Shown here piece after piece: positions 19,358 to 29,049 of a stretch of 64,000 nucleotides of DNA. Positions within the stretch are counted from its first letter, which is position 1; every line of letters starts with the position of its first letter. Origin of the DNA: Christensenella sp. UBA6880. Lineage in GTDB: Bacteria > Bacillota > Clostridia > Christensenellales > CAG-917. The notes under the pieces were generated by a model, which saw only the letters and a program-made list of their open reading frames with translations, was not told where the DNA came from and ran no database searches. The position numbers and the translations under genes are program-made. The DNA lies in the NCBI GenBank assembly GCA_002449145.1, contig DKCG01000032.1:34777-98776 (forward strand), written 5' to 3'.

Positions 19358-20344
19358 ATGGCAAAAGTAAATTCTAAATCAAAGAAATTCGCAGTGCTTA
19401 CGAGCGGCGGCGACGCCAGCGGTATGAACGCTTGCGTCCGCGCTTGCGTAAGATACGGCTTGAATCACGGATTCGAGGTGTACGGCGTAAAACACGGCTA
19501 CAAAGGTCTTGTCAACGACGAAATCTTCAAAATGGAATATTCCAGCGTGTCCAACTGCGTTCACGCCGGCGGCACTATTTTGCGCTCGTCCAGATGCCCC
19601 GAATTTATCGACCCCGAAGTTATGCAAAAGGCGGTGAACAACCTTCTCGACAAAGGCATCGAAAACCTCATCGTCATCGGCGGCGACGGTTCGTTCAGAG
19701 GCGTTGAGGCTATGCACGAGCAAACGAGGCTCAACGTCATCGGTATCCCCGGCACGATTGACAACGATATGGGTTACACCGATTCCACAATAGGCTTCGA
19801 CACGGCGTGCAATACGGTTGTGGACGCAATCTTGAAACTTCGCGACACCATCACTTCTCACGACAGAATTATGATTTTGGAAGTTATGGGCAGAGAGTGC
19901 GGAAACATCGCTCTCAACAGCGCGGTTGCGGGTGGCGCGGAATACGTCATCGTTCCCGAAGTCCCCACCGACGTGGACGAGGTTGCAAAAACCATAAAGG
20001 ACGGATTCGACAGAGGCAAATCTTCCGCTATCATCGTGCTTGCGGAAGGCAAAACCGAACTCACCGACGAACTCACTCAAAAGATAAGCGACGCAACGGG
20101 CAGACGCGTCAACCATATGGCTCTCAAATGGATGCAAAGAGGCGGCAATCCGACTGTCGAGGACAGAGTTCTCGCGGCAAAAATGGCGTGCAGGGCGGTG
20201 GAACTCATCGAGTGCGGTCAAAGCGGCAGAGTTATCGGCATAAAGGGCGGCGAAATCTTCGATACGACAGTTCTCGAAGCACTCGCTTGCAAGAAAGGAT
20301 TTGACGAGAAACTCTACGAAATAGCCCAAATCATTTCGAGATAA
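19358..20344 (+). CDS. pfkA: ATP-dependent 6-phosphofructokinase
   Basis: 328 aa from ATG 19358 (AGAGG upstream). FAVLTSGGDASGMNA, IGGDGSF and GIPGTIDND, with Gly at both nucleotide-specificity positions. Confidence 0.9.
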   Translation: MAKVNSKSKKFAVLTSGGDASGMNACVRACVRYGLNHGFEVYGVKHGYKGLVNDEIFKMEYSSVSNCVHAGGTILRSSRCPEFIDPEVMQKAVNNLLDKGIENLIVIGGDGSFRGVEAMHEQTRLNVIGIPGTIDNDMGYTDSTIGFDTACNTVVDAILKLRDTITSHDRIMILEVMGRECGNIALNSAVAGGAEYVIVPEVPTDVDEVAKTIKDGFDRGKSSAIIVLAEGKTELTDELTQKISDATGRRVNHMALKWMQRGGNPTVEDRVLAAKMACRAVELIECGQSGRVIGIKGGEIFDTTVLEALACKKGFDEKLYEIAQIISR

Positions 20345-20443
20345 CCTTATAGAAAAACTGCGACGATAAACGTTGCATAACACAAGAAAATAAACAAAAA
20401 TCATATATCATTCACCGCTTAATTGCGGAAATAAGGAGAAAAA

Positions 20444-21697
20444 ATGAAAAATTTGAAAGGTGCTTGTATGTTCGGTCAAAGCGGCGGTCCGACTTCCGTC
20501 ATCAACAGCAGCGCGGCAGGCGTTTTCACCGAGGCTTTGAAGCAAGGCAACATCACGGCGGTTTACGGTCTCGAACACGGTATCGTCGGTCTTCTCAACG
20601 AAAAGTTCTTCGATATGTCCAAGGAAGATCCCAAGGAAATCGAATTGCTCAAATACACGCCGTCGTCCGCTCTGGGCTCGGTGCGCTACAAACTCAAAGA
20701 CGCTTCCGTCGACGACACCGATTACAAGCGTATCCTCGAAGTGTTCAAAAAGTATAACGTGCGCTACTTCTTCTACAACGGCGGCAACGACAGCATGGAC
20801 ACCTGCAACAAAATCAGCAAGTATTTGCAATCCGTCGGCTACGAGTGCAACGTCATCGGCGTGCCCAAAACCATCGATAACGACCTCTACGGCACCGACC
20901 ATTGCCCCGGCTACGCAAGCGCGGCAAAGTATATCGCAACCACCGTTATGGAAGTCAACCTCGACGCAAAAGTGTACGACACGCCAATGGTTTGTATCAT
21001 CGAGGCTATGGGCAGACACGCGGGTTGGCTCACCGCAAGCGCGGCTCTTGCAGCCGTAAACGGTCTCGGCGCAGACCTCATCTATTTGCCCGAAACCGAC
21101 TTTGACGTCGACAAATTTGTCGAGGACGTAAAAGCGGTTTGCGCAAAGAACGGCAATAAGTGCATTGCGGTCGTATCGGAGGGTATTCACGACAAAAACG
21201 GCACTCTCATTTGCGAAAGCGTAGGCGCGGCGGCGGCAAGAGACAGTTTCGGTCACGCGCAACTGGGCGGCGTTGCTTCCATTCTCGCAAACGTCATCAA
21301 GGAAAAGACGGGCTTCAAGACGAGAGGAATCGAACTCAGCCTTATGCAACGTTGCGGCGCACATCTTGCTTCGGGAAACGACGTTCAAGAAGCGTTCAAC
21401 GCAGGCGCATTTGCAGTCAAGAGCGCGTGCGAAGGCGAAACGGACAAAATGGTCATCTTCAAGAGAGACACCGACAAAGACGGCAACTACGTCTGCACCA
21501 ACGTGCTTATGCCTCTCGAACTTGCCGCAAACACCGAAAAGAAAGTGCCGTCAGAGTGGATAACCAACGACGGAACGTACGTGAGCGACGAGTTTGTCAA
21601 ATACGCGCTTCCGCTCATTCAAGGCGACGCGAAAGCACCGCTCGAAAACGGTCTTCCGAGATTTGCAAGACTTAAAAAGGTCTATGCGGGCAAATAA
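20444..21697 (+). CDS. pfp: phosphofructokinase of the PPi-dependent type
   Basis: 417 aa with AAGGAG RBS. FGQSGGPTSVIN, NGGNDSM (Asp at the Gly104-equivalent) and GVPKTIDND (Lys at the Gly124-equivalent), the residue pattern associated with PPi use. Confidence 0.75.
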   Translation: MKNLKGACMFGQSGGPTSVINSSAAGVFTEALKQGNITAVYGLEHGIVGLLNEKFFDMSKEDPKEIELLKYTPSSALGSVRYKLKDASVDDTDYKRILEVFKKYNVRYFFYNGGNDSMDTCNKISKYLQSVGYECNVIGVPKTIDNDLYGTDHCPGYASAAKYIATTVMEVNLDAKVYDTPMVCIIEAMGRHAGWLTASAALAAVNGLGADLIYLPETDFDVDKFVEDVKAVCAKNGNKCIAVVSEGIHDKNGTLICESVGAAAARDSFGHAQLGGVASILANVIKEKTGFKTRGIELSLMQRCGAHLASGNDVQEAFNAGAFAVKSACEGETDKMVIFKRDTDKDGNYVCTNVLMPLELAANTEKKVPSEWITNDGTYVSDEFVKYALPLIQGDAKAPLENGLPRFARLKKVYAGK

Positions 21698-21882
21698 GTT
21701 TGAGCAAAAATCGTCGCTGAGGTGATGGCAATCGCATAAATGCGTATTGCCAAAAACCTCGCTCGATTTATTGCTTTGCTAACCGCGCAGAGAATTTGCG
21801 CTATCAGTTCGGGCATGGATAAAACTTCACGCCGCAATTTCGCCAAATTATCTGCTTGGTGAAGCGCACTTTGTGCGCAAGT

Positions 21883-22048
21883 GGAAGGTTTGGATTTTCC
21901 AATTGTCATTGCGAGAAGCAACGAATGTTGCGACGCGGCAATCAAGGCGAAGCCGCATTTCGCTACGCTGGATTCCCACGCTATCGCTCGGAATGACATA
22001 TGGAAAATTCAAATCTTCCATAACCCAAACAAGGTTTGAGTATTATCG
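21883..22048 (+). repeat. long-hairpin intergenic repeat, copy 2 (flop)
   Basis: Same element and orientation as 19102-19268. Central 21943-21971 is the exact reverse complement of 19164-19192. Confidence 0.8.
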
Positions 22049-22088
22049 TGCAAAGTTGCACGATAACTAAAAAAGATAAGGGATTTTT

Positions 22089-23309
22089 ATGAAACAATAC
22101 GAGTATTTTGCAGCGAATTACCGCACCGATAAGAAACGACTCAAAAGACAATTCGCTCACGATATGGTTGCGCTCTTGGAAAACGAGAACGCAAGCATAC
22201 AAGATATGCGCTTGGGCAGAAAAGCCTTGAAAGCGCAATATAAAGCCGACAAAAAAGCACTCAAAAAAGAGAGTAAACGGCTTGAAAAATCCTTCAGAAA
22301 AGACTTCGGAATGCTTCGCCGTCCCGTTATGGCGGATATTTTCGACTTCTTTGAAGAGAAAAGGGCAGTGCCGAACGGCAAAACGCCTTTCAACGACGAA
22401 ATCAAAATCGAAAAAGATGTAGTATACAAAACCGTAGACGGCAAACAACTCGTTATGGACGTCTACTATCCCTCTCGCCCGATTGCCGAAAAAGCACCCT
22501 GCGTTATGGATATTCCCGGGGGCGGCTGGATGATTCACAATCGCTTGCGCCGCGACGGTTATGCGAGATGTTTTGCGACTATGGGCGCGGTCGTGGCGGT
22601 CATCGACCATAGACTTTGCCCCGAAGTTTTCTTCCCCAAAGACCTCGAAGATTGCGTTGACGCATACAACTTCCTTTGCGACAACGCCGAAAGATTTGGA
22701 ATCGACAAAGGCAATATCACCGTCACGGGCGACTCGTCGGGCGGACATCTGACGATGTGCCTCGGAATTGCCGCAACCGACTCCGAATACGCAAACTCGC
22801 TCGGAATCCCGACACCCCAAACGAAACCCGCAGGGCTTATTTGCGTAAGCGGCGCGTTCAGTTTCGAGGTTATGTATCGCATTCCGCTCACAAACACGCT
22901 TATCGTCAGATACGTTTCGGGTCAAAAGAGCAGAAAAGCGTTCAGAAACTGGCAATTTTACAAGCAATCCGACCCGTACAATTATCTCAATTCGAATCTT
23001 CCGCCTTGCTACAACAGTGGCGGTATGACCGATTTTTTGTGTATGGGTGAGGCAAAACGTATGAGCGACGCACTCACAAAAGCAGGCGTCAAAAACGAGT
23101 ATACGGTGGGCAAAAACCTTTTCCGTTCCGACCATTGCTACGTGCTCAGATTCCCGTTTGCGCCCGCAAGAAAGGACGCTCTTGCACTCTATAACTGGTA
23201 TTTCAGGCTCGAAAAGGATTTGGGCGTCGATATGAGCAAAGGATATAAGAGAGTGGAGACGTTTATGACGCAATACAAAAAAGCGTTGAAGGGGGAAATC
23301 GAGTGCTGA
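22089..23309 (+). CDS. alpha/beta hydrolase (esterase/lipase fold-3-like) with Lys-rich N-terminal extension
   Basis: 406 aa with oxyanion-hole-type IPGGGWMIHN and nucleophile elbow GDSSGGHL. Confidence 0.75.
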   Translation: MKQYEYFAANYRTDKKRLKRQFAHDMVALLENENASIQDMRLGRKALKAQYKADKKALKKESKRLEKSFRKDFGMLRRPVMADIFDFFEEKRAVPNGKTPFNDEIKIEKDVVYKTVDGKQLVMDVYYPSRPIAEKAPCVMDIPGGGWMIHNRLRRDGYARCFATMGAVVAVIDHRLCPEVFFPKDLEDCVDAYNFLCDNAERFGIDKGNITVTGDSSGGHLTMCLGIAATDSEYANSLGIPTPQTKPAGLICVSGAFSFEVMYRIPLTNTLIVRYVSGQKSRKAFRNWQFYKQSDPYNYLNSNLPPCYNSGGMTDFLCMGEAKRMSDALTKAGVKNEYTVGKNLFRSDHCYVLRFPFAPARKDALALYNWYFRLEKDLGVDMSKGYKRVETFMTQYKKALKGEIEC

Positions 23310-24739
23310 CGGTTGCTGTCGGGGACGTGATAGAAGGCGAAGTTTGCGACTTTGCAAGCGAGGGCGAGGGTATCGTCAAAATCGGCTCGTACGCCGTTTT
23401 CGTGCCGTTTGCCGTGAAGGGCGAGATCGTTCGCGCCCGCGTTCGCTATGCAAAAAAAGACTATGCTTTTGCCGACCTCATTGAAGTAGAAAAACCGTCC
23501 GCCGACCGCATTAAACCCAAATGCACTTACTTCGGCACTTGCGGCGGTTGCGATTTGCAACACGTCACGCGCGAGTGTCAACTCAAAATCAAAAAAGCGA
23601 ACGTCGAAAACGCGCTCAAAAAGACGGGAGGCTTGGACGTCGAAGTTGCGGACGTTGTGCGCCTCAACGACTGGGAATACCGCAACAAAATCGCGCTTCC
23701 GTTCGGCTACAAGCGCAAGACGGGCAGAGTGACTCTCGGCTTTTACGAGAAGCGCACGCACTCGGTCGTGCCTATGAAGTGGTGCGCTCTGCACGGCGAA
23801 TGGGCGGCAAAACTCATTCAAATCGTCACCGATTGGGCAAATTTCAATCATATAAGCGTGTACGACGAAACGAGCGGACAAGGCATTTTGCGCCACGTCG
23901 TTGCGAGAAATCTCGATACGCTGTCGGTGACTCTCGTCGTAAACTCGGACAGAGTGCCGAAACTTGCCGAACTTTGTCGGAATCTCGAAAAAGAATTTTC
24001 GGGCGTTTGCGTTTATATCAGCGAAAACAGAAAGAATACCAACGTTATTTTCGGAAAATCCGTCAAACTCGTGTACGGAAAAGAGAAAAAACAAAATCTC
24101 GGCACGTTTGCCGCGGTGGTTTCGCCGATGTCGTTTTTGCAGGTAAACAACGACGTGCGCGACGCCATATACGACGAAGTGTGCAAAGAACTTGCAAATT
24201 TCGACGGCGATATTTTGGAATTTTATTCGGGCGTGGGGCTTTTGACGGCGCAAATCGCAACGAGGCTTAAAGACGCGAACATAACTTCGGTAGAAATCGA
24301 GCCGAGTGCGGTGGACAACGCAAACGCGCTTATGAAATCACTTGGTCTTGACAAGAGGGTGAAGTGCGTGTGCGGCGACGTGCTCGAATACGTCAAATCC
24401 ATAGAAAAGGAAAGCGAGCAAACGAAGTCGCAAGACGAGGATTTGCCCGACGAAATCAAGTCTTCGCCGTTTTATCTCGGCGAAAGCGAAAAAAAGACGG
24501 CAAGAAAACCCGTTGCGCTCGTTCTCGACCCGCCGAGAAAAGGTTGCGACAAGAGCGTGCTCGATTGCGCGATAGAAGCGAAAATCGAAAAAATCGTTTA
24601 CGTCAGTTGCAATCCGCAAACGCTTGCAAGGGATTTGAAGATACTCTCGCAAAGTTACGACGTCGAAAGGGTCACGCCCTTCGATATGTTCCCTCAAACG
24701 AGCAACGTGGAAGTAATGTGCGTTTTGCAAAGAAAGTAA
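23303..24739 (+). CDS. 23S rRNA (uracil-5)-methyltransferase, RumA/TrmA family
   Basis: 478 aa from a GTG start after GGGGGA. TRAM-like N-terminus, Fe-S Cys cluster CTYFGTCGGCDLQH and C-terminal VYVSCNPQTLARD. An acidic insertion lies before the last motif. Confidence 0.85.
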   Translation: MLTVAVGDVIEGEVCDFASEGEGIVKIGSYAVFVPFAVKGEIVRARVRYAKKDYAFADLIEVEKPSADRIKPKCTYFGTCGGCDLQHVTRECQLKIKKANVENALKKTGGLDVEVADVVRLNDWEYRNKIALPFGYKRKTGRVTLGFYEKRTHSVVPMKWCALHGEWAAKLIQIVTDWANFNHISVYDETSGQGILRHVVARNLDTLSVTLVVNSDRVPKLAELCRNLEKEFSGVCVYISENRKNTNVIFGKSVKLVYGKEKKQNLGTFAAVVSPMSFLQVNNDVRDAIYDEVCKELANFDGDILEFYSGVGLLTAQIATRLKDANITSVEIEPSAVDNANALMKSLGLDKRVKCVCGDVLEYVKSIEKESEQTKSQDEDLPDEIKSSPFYLGESEKKTARKPVALVLDPPRKGCDKSVLDCAIEAKIEKIVYVSCNPQTLARDLKILSQSYDVERVTPFDMFPQTSNVEVMCVLQRK

Positions 24740-24899
24740 ATAAAATTTACTTTCTTTGCAGTGATATGCACGCAAAGCGTGTAATAAAAAACTCTTCTCA
24801 AAGGTCTCGGGGTTGAACGACGTTCCGGTGGAAGTGTAAAGACAAAAAATCAAATTGAACAAACTTCGGGGTTTTCCCGACGAATATAAGGACGAAAAT

Positions 24900-25919
24900 A
24901 TGAAAATCACGTATCTCGCAAAGAGCGAAAAAGGCATTGAAAGTTACAAAATCGAAAACGAAAGCGGCGCGTACGCAGTCGTAATCACCTACGGCGCGCG
25001 CATTGCGAATTTGTGCGTAAGGGACAAAAACGGCAACCTCGTTGACGTTGTTGCGGGCTTCGATACGCCCGACGGATTTTTGGGCGACAATCCCTATTTC
25101 AACGCAGTCATAGGCAGAGTGTGCAACCGCATCGGCGGCGCAAAATTCATTCTCGACGGCAAGGAATACGACCTCTACAAAAACGACGGGAACAACCATT
25201 TGCACGGCGGCAAGGTCGGATTCGATTCGAGAATGTGGAACGCCGAAATTATCGACGGCGTGGGCGTTAAGATGTCGAGAGTGTCGGTTGACGGCGAAGA
25301 AGGCTATCCCGCAAACTTGTCCGTGTCGGTGACCTACTCGCTTTCCGACGACAATGCGCTTTGCTTAAAGTACGAGGCGAACGCAGACGGCGATACGCTT
25401 TGTTCGCTCACAAATCACGCCTATTTCAACCTTGACGGCGATTTCAAAACCGTACTCGGTCACGAAGTGTTTATCGATTCCGACTACCTCACGACCGTTG
25501 ACGACGAACTCATACCTCACGGCGAAAAGAGAAATATCGTCGGCACTGCGTTCGATTTCAAAGCGCCGAAAACAATCGGAAAGGATATTAATGCGGACGA
25601 GCATATGCTCAAAATCGCGAGAGGATACGATTTCAACTACGTTCTAAACGGCGAGGGCTTCCGCAAGGTCGCAACCGCAAAGGGCGAAAAGAGCGGCATA
25701 AAAATGAGCGTTTACACCGACAGACCCTGTATGCAATTCTACACGGGCAACTTCCTTAGCGGTTTGCAAGGCAAGCGCGTTTACGGCTATCAATCCGCTT
25801 TTTGTATGGAAACGCAGGGCTATCCCAACGCGCAGAACGTGTCGTCTTTTGAAAGCGTAAAACTCGAAAAAGGCAAGACTTACAGTGCGGTGACCGAATA
25901 CAAATTCGACGTCGAATAA
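24900..25919 (+). CDS. galM: aldose 1-epimerase (galactose mutarotase)
   Basis: 339 aa from ATG 24900. GRVCNRIGG, GNNHLHGG, NHAYFNL and FCMETQGYPN motifs. Confidence 0.85.
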   Translation: MKITYLAKSEKGIESYKIENESGAYAVVITYGARIANLCVRDKNGNLVDVVAGFDTPDGFLGDNPYFNAVIGRVCNRIGGAKFILDGKEYDLYKNDGNNHLHGGKVGFDSRMWNAEIIDGVGVKMSRVSVDGEEGYPANLSVSVTYSLSDDNALCLKYEANADGDTLCSLTNHAYFNLDGDFKTVLGHEVFIDSDYLTTVDDELIPHGEKRNIVGTAFDFKAPKTIGKDINADEHMLKIARGYDFNYVLNGEGFRKVATAKGEKSGIKMSVYTDRPCMQFYTGNFLSGLQGKRVYGYQSAFCMETQGYPNAQNVSSFESVKLEKGKTYSAVTEYKFDVE

Positions 25920-25990
25920 ACGAAAGCACTATTGAAAATCGCACGAAACGGGGTTTTATATGCTCGTTTTGTACACATAAGGGCGAAATT

Positions 25991-26725
25991 ATGACTATTG
26001 ACGAAAGATTAAAACAATTTGAGCAACTCGCTGCCGACGGTATGGATTCAAAAAACGCCGTGCGCGCATTGAAACTTATCGGTATCGACGATTACAGCGA
26101 GGAAGATATAAAGTCGTTCAGACTCTGGGGCGATTATATGCCTATGGGCGATGTCGACCCGTACACCGAAACGCAACGCAATCTGCATATTTTGTGGGAA
26201 AGCGTAGACAGAGTGCCGCTTGGCGTAAACTGCAATTTCGCCGTGCCGTTCAGGCAAATCATCGCAAAAAAACTTTTCAAAAAATGCGGCGACGGGTTCG
26301 TGGCAAACGAGGGTTGCAGATTCAATTACGGTCATCGTCTCGAAGTCGGCAACAACGTGAGTTGGAACGCAGGCTGCTATATCGACACGAAGGGCGGCGT
26401 AAAGATGGGCGACTTTGCCATGCTTACAGAGTATGTCAAGATTTTTTCGCACTCGCACAGCGAACACGACCACATGCAACGGGAGTATAACGGCGTGGAA
26501 ATAGGCGCATACGCAAAGATTTACACCAACGCGACCATTCTTCCCGGAGTGAAACTCGGCACGGGCGCAGTCGTCGGTACGGGCGCAATCGTCACAAAGA
26601 GCGTTGACGATTTTACTCTCGTGACGGGGATTCCCGCAAGAGTGCAACGCAAGCGTAAATTCGACGGCGATAACCTCGAAGAAATGAATCAATATATGAT
26701 GAAAGAAAAACTCTTTCAAAAATGA
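25991..26725 (+). CDS. hexapeptide-repeat acyl/acetyltransferase
   Basis: 244 aa with left-handed beta-helix repeats (IGAYAKIYTNATILPGVKLGTGAVVGTGAIV) and the TGIPARV end typical of the family. Confidence 0.75.
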   Translation: MTIDERLKQFEQLAADGMDSKNAVRALKLIGIDDYSEEDIKSFRLWGDYMPMGDVDPYTETQRNLHILWESVDRVPLGVNCNFAVPFRQIIAKKLFKKCGDGFVANEGCRFNYGHRLEVGNNVSWNAGCYIDTKGGVKMGDFAMLTEYVKIFSHSHSEHDHMQREYNGVEIGAYAKIYTNATILPGVKLGTGAVVGTGAIVTKSVDDFTLVTGIPARVQRKRKFDGDNLEEMNQYMMKEKLFQK

Positions 26726-26793
26726 GAATAACGAAGTAAACTCTGAATAGGGCGTAAAAGCAAAATTTGCATACGGCACAAAACTCTTTGAAA

Positions 26794-27435
26794 ATGAAGT
26801 ACGACTTATACATATTCGATCTCGACGGCACAATCCTCGATACGCTGCAAGACCTTGCCATAAGCGTAAACTACGCGCTCGGCGTGTTCGATTTTCCGAG
26901 CCTTTCGGTAAGCGAAGTTGCGGACAGAACGGGCAACGGCGTAAAGAGGCTTATCGAGCAAAGCGTGCCTTGCGGTACGGACGCGAAAACCACGCTCGCC
27001 GTACTCGACGTGTTCAAACAGCATTATTTTTATCATTGCGCCGACCATACAAAGCCGTACGACGGCATAGTCGAGTTGCTTGAAAAACTTAAAGCAAACG
27101 GTAAAAAATGCGCCGTCGTGTCAAACAAAATGGACAGCGCGGTGCAAGAGTTGGCAAAAGACTATTTCGACGGACTTTTCGACGCGGTCGTCGGACAGCG
27201 CGACGACGTGAGGGCAAAGCCTTATCCCGACTCGGTGAATAAGGTTATCCAAACGCTCAAAGTCGAAAGAAACAAGTGCGTGTATATAGGCGACAGCGAA
27301 GTGGACGTTCAAACCGCGTCGAACGCGGATTTGCCGTGCATTTGCGTGAGTTGGGGATTCAGAGGCAGAAAGCGTCTTGTCGAAGCGGGCGCAAAGACAA
27401 TAATCGACAATCCGCAAAAAATCGCCGAATTTTGA
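26794..27435 (+). CDS. HAD-superfamily phosphatase (phosphoglycolate phosphatase-like)
   Basis: MKYDLYIFDLDGTILDT (motif I), VVSNK (motif II) and YIGDSEVDV (motif III/IV). Confidence 0.8.
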   Translation: MKYDLYIFDLDGTILDTLQDLAISVNYALGVFDFPSLSVSEVADRTGNGVKRLIEQSVPCGTDAKTTLAVLDVFKQHYFYHCADHTKPYDGIVELLEKLKANGKKCAVVSNKMDSAVQELAKDYFDGLFDAVVGQRDDVRAKPYPDSVNKVIQTLKVERNKCVYIGDSEVDVQTASNADLPCICVSWGFRGRKRLVEAGAKTIIDNPQKIAEF

Positions 27436-27524
27436 GATTAAGCGCAATTTGAAAATCGAGGGCATCGAATAGAAAAAATATAAAAATTCCCGCAAGAATA
27501 TAACAGGAATACAAAAGGAATATC

Positions 27525-27554
27525 AAAAAACAGTCGTTTGCGCGACTGTTTTTT
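27525..27554. terminator. bidirectional rho-independent terminator
   Basis: A6, stem CAGTCG / CGACTG, then T6. Lies between convergent genes. Confidence 0.65.
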
Positions 27555-27700
27555 GATATGTTTTATTGAATCGTTTTGTATCCTTGAAACATTCAGCAAA
27601 ATGCTGTCTGTATGTTTTTTGATATGTTTTATTGAATCGTTCTGTATCGTCTGATTTCCCTTCCGGGCTTCTATTCTCAAATGCGATACCGATTTTGATT

Positions 27701-28777
27701 TTATGATTCCGTTTCGTCCGTTTGTACTGCGGCGTCGTGCATATGCTCGGACGGAATGATGTCCGACATATCTATCTTTTCCACTTCGCCTTTCTTCAAA
27801 ATTCTACCGCCCGTGAAGCCTTTGCCCGAAACTTCGCCCGCTTGCGTTATGTACATAAAGGCTTGCGGGTCGCACGCTTTGACGATATCTTTGACGCGGT
27901 TTATTTGCTTTTTGGACGTTACGCAAATGATTACGTTGTGTTCCTTGCCCGTGTAGTAGCCGACGGATTTGGATATGGTGACGCCTCTGTGAAGTTGTAT
28001 GGAAAGTTCGTGCGCGATTGCGTCCGACTTGTCCGTGATGATGGTGAACACGAGCGACGAGAGCAAGCCCGATTCAACCATATCGCAAACTTTGGATTGC
28101 GTGAACAACGCTATGAACGAGAACAAAACGGGGGACAGCAGACTCGTAAGTATCGTCGTCGCGTCTGTAGAACCGTTGATTTTGGATATTCCCAAAAGTC
28201 CCGATATTAACGCAACCACGCAGTCGCAAGCGGTTATCCACCATTGAGCGTGCGCGGCGGGGCTATGCTTGTATATGATTTTCCCGATGATGTCCGTGCC
28301 GCCGATGCTCAAATCCTGTCGAAGCATAAAGCCCATAGATACGCCTGCACACGCGCCGCCTGCAAGCGCCGCAATGAGCATAAGTCCGTAATCGCCGCTT
28401 GCAATGAATCGAGGGCAACCCACCGCAGAGAACATATACATCGACCCGGAAAAGATAAGAACGCATACTGTGGTGCAAGCGGCAAACCTCTTGTCAAGCA
28501 GTTTGAACGCCAATATAAGAAGCGGTACGTTCATAATGATTGTGAAAACACCGGGGTCGAAAAGGCTGTTCGATAACATCCTGACCGCCTCGATGGGGCT
28601 GTCCGCCGCCGCAAGGTGTATTAGTGCGGCAAGTCCGCCCACGCCGCCCGGTGCAAATCCGTTCGGATTTATAAACAGATAAGCCGAAAAAGCCCTCAAA
28701 AACGAGAACACCAACATTACAGCCGACAATTTGAGCCAGAATGCGGTTTGATTTTTGTCCATTGTGATTTTTTCCAT
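27701..28777 (-). CDS. YitT-family membrane protein (DUF2179 C-terminal domain)
   Basis: Polytopic N-terminal part plus C-terminal LHRGVTISKSVGYYTGKEHNVIICVTSKKQINRVKDIVKACDPQAFMYITQAGEVSGKGF. Start is uncertain: ATG at 28843, 28777 or 28762. Confidence 0.8.
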   Translation of the reverse strand: MEKITMDKNQTAFWLKLSAVMLVFSFLRAFSAYLFINPNGFAPGGVGGLAALIHLAAADSPIEAVRMLSNSLFDPGVFTIIMNVPLLILAFKLLDKRFAACTTVCVLIFSGSMYMFSAVGCPRFIASGDYGLMLIAALAGGACAGVSMGFMLRQDLSIGGTDIIGKIIYKHSPAAHAQWWITACDCVVALISGLLGISKINGSTDATTILTSLLSPVLFSFIALFTQSKVCDMVESGLLSSLVFTIITDKSDAIAHELSIQLHRGVTISKSVGYYTGKEHNVIICVTSKKQINRVKDIVKACDPQAFMYITQAGEVSGKGFTGGRILKKGEVEKIDMSDIIPSEHMHDAAVQTDETES

Positions 28778-28954
28778 ATGTGCCGCCGTCGCGGAAACTT
28801 TGTTTCCGATGTGTATATCAAAAGATAAGAATTTATTTTTCAAAAGTCAAGCATTTTGAGGATGTGTGTGTTTTTCAAAATAAATATTCATACAAGTGTA
28901 TGTTTTTAATGAGGATTTAAGGATTTTTGAATATCGTTTTGGATGTGGGGCGCA

Positions 28955-28983
28955 TTGACAAAAAAGCGTTTTTATGGCATAAT
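28955..28983 (+). promoter_or_regulatory. sigma-70-type promoter candidate
   Basis: TTGACA - 17 nt - CATAAT. It lies downstream of the ORF-track TTG start (28927), which favours ATG 29050 as the real start. Confidence 0.5.
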
Positions 28984-29049
28984 AATATCCGCATTATATC
29001 TATAAATAAAATAAATAAAATAAATATATTTTGTCGGCAAATACACTGT

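Noticed and set aside
27549-27648. Two 34-bp direct repeats (TTTTTTGATATGTTTTATTGAATCGTTYTGTATC, 66-bp period) between convergent genes
   Set aside because: The repeats are real but short and AT-rich, and they start in the T-tract of the bidirectional terminator. They look like a local duplication of the terminator tail with no further structure.
28927-29049. ORF-track TTG start extending the DUF1538 gene by 41 codons
   Set aside because: The extension precedes and overlaps a good promoter (28955-28983) and translates AT-rich repeats (INKINKINIF). ATG 29050 is the first plausible start.
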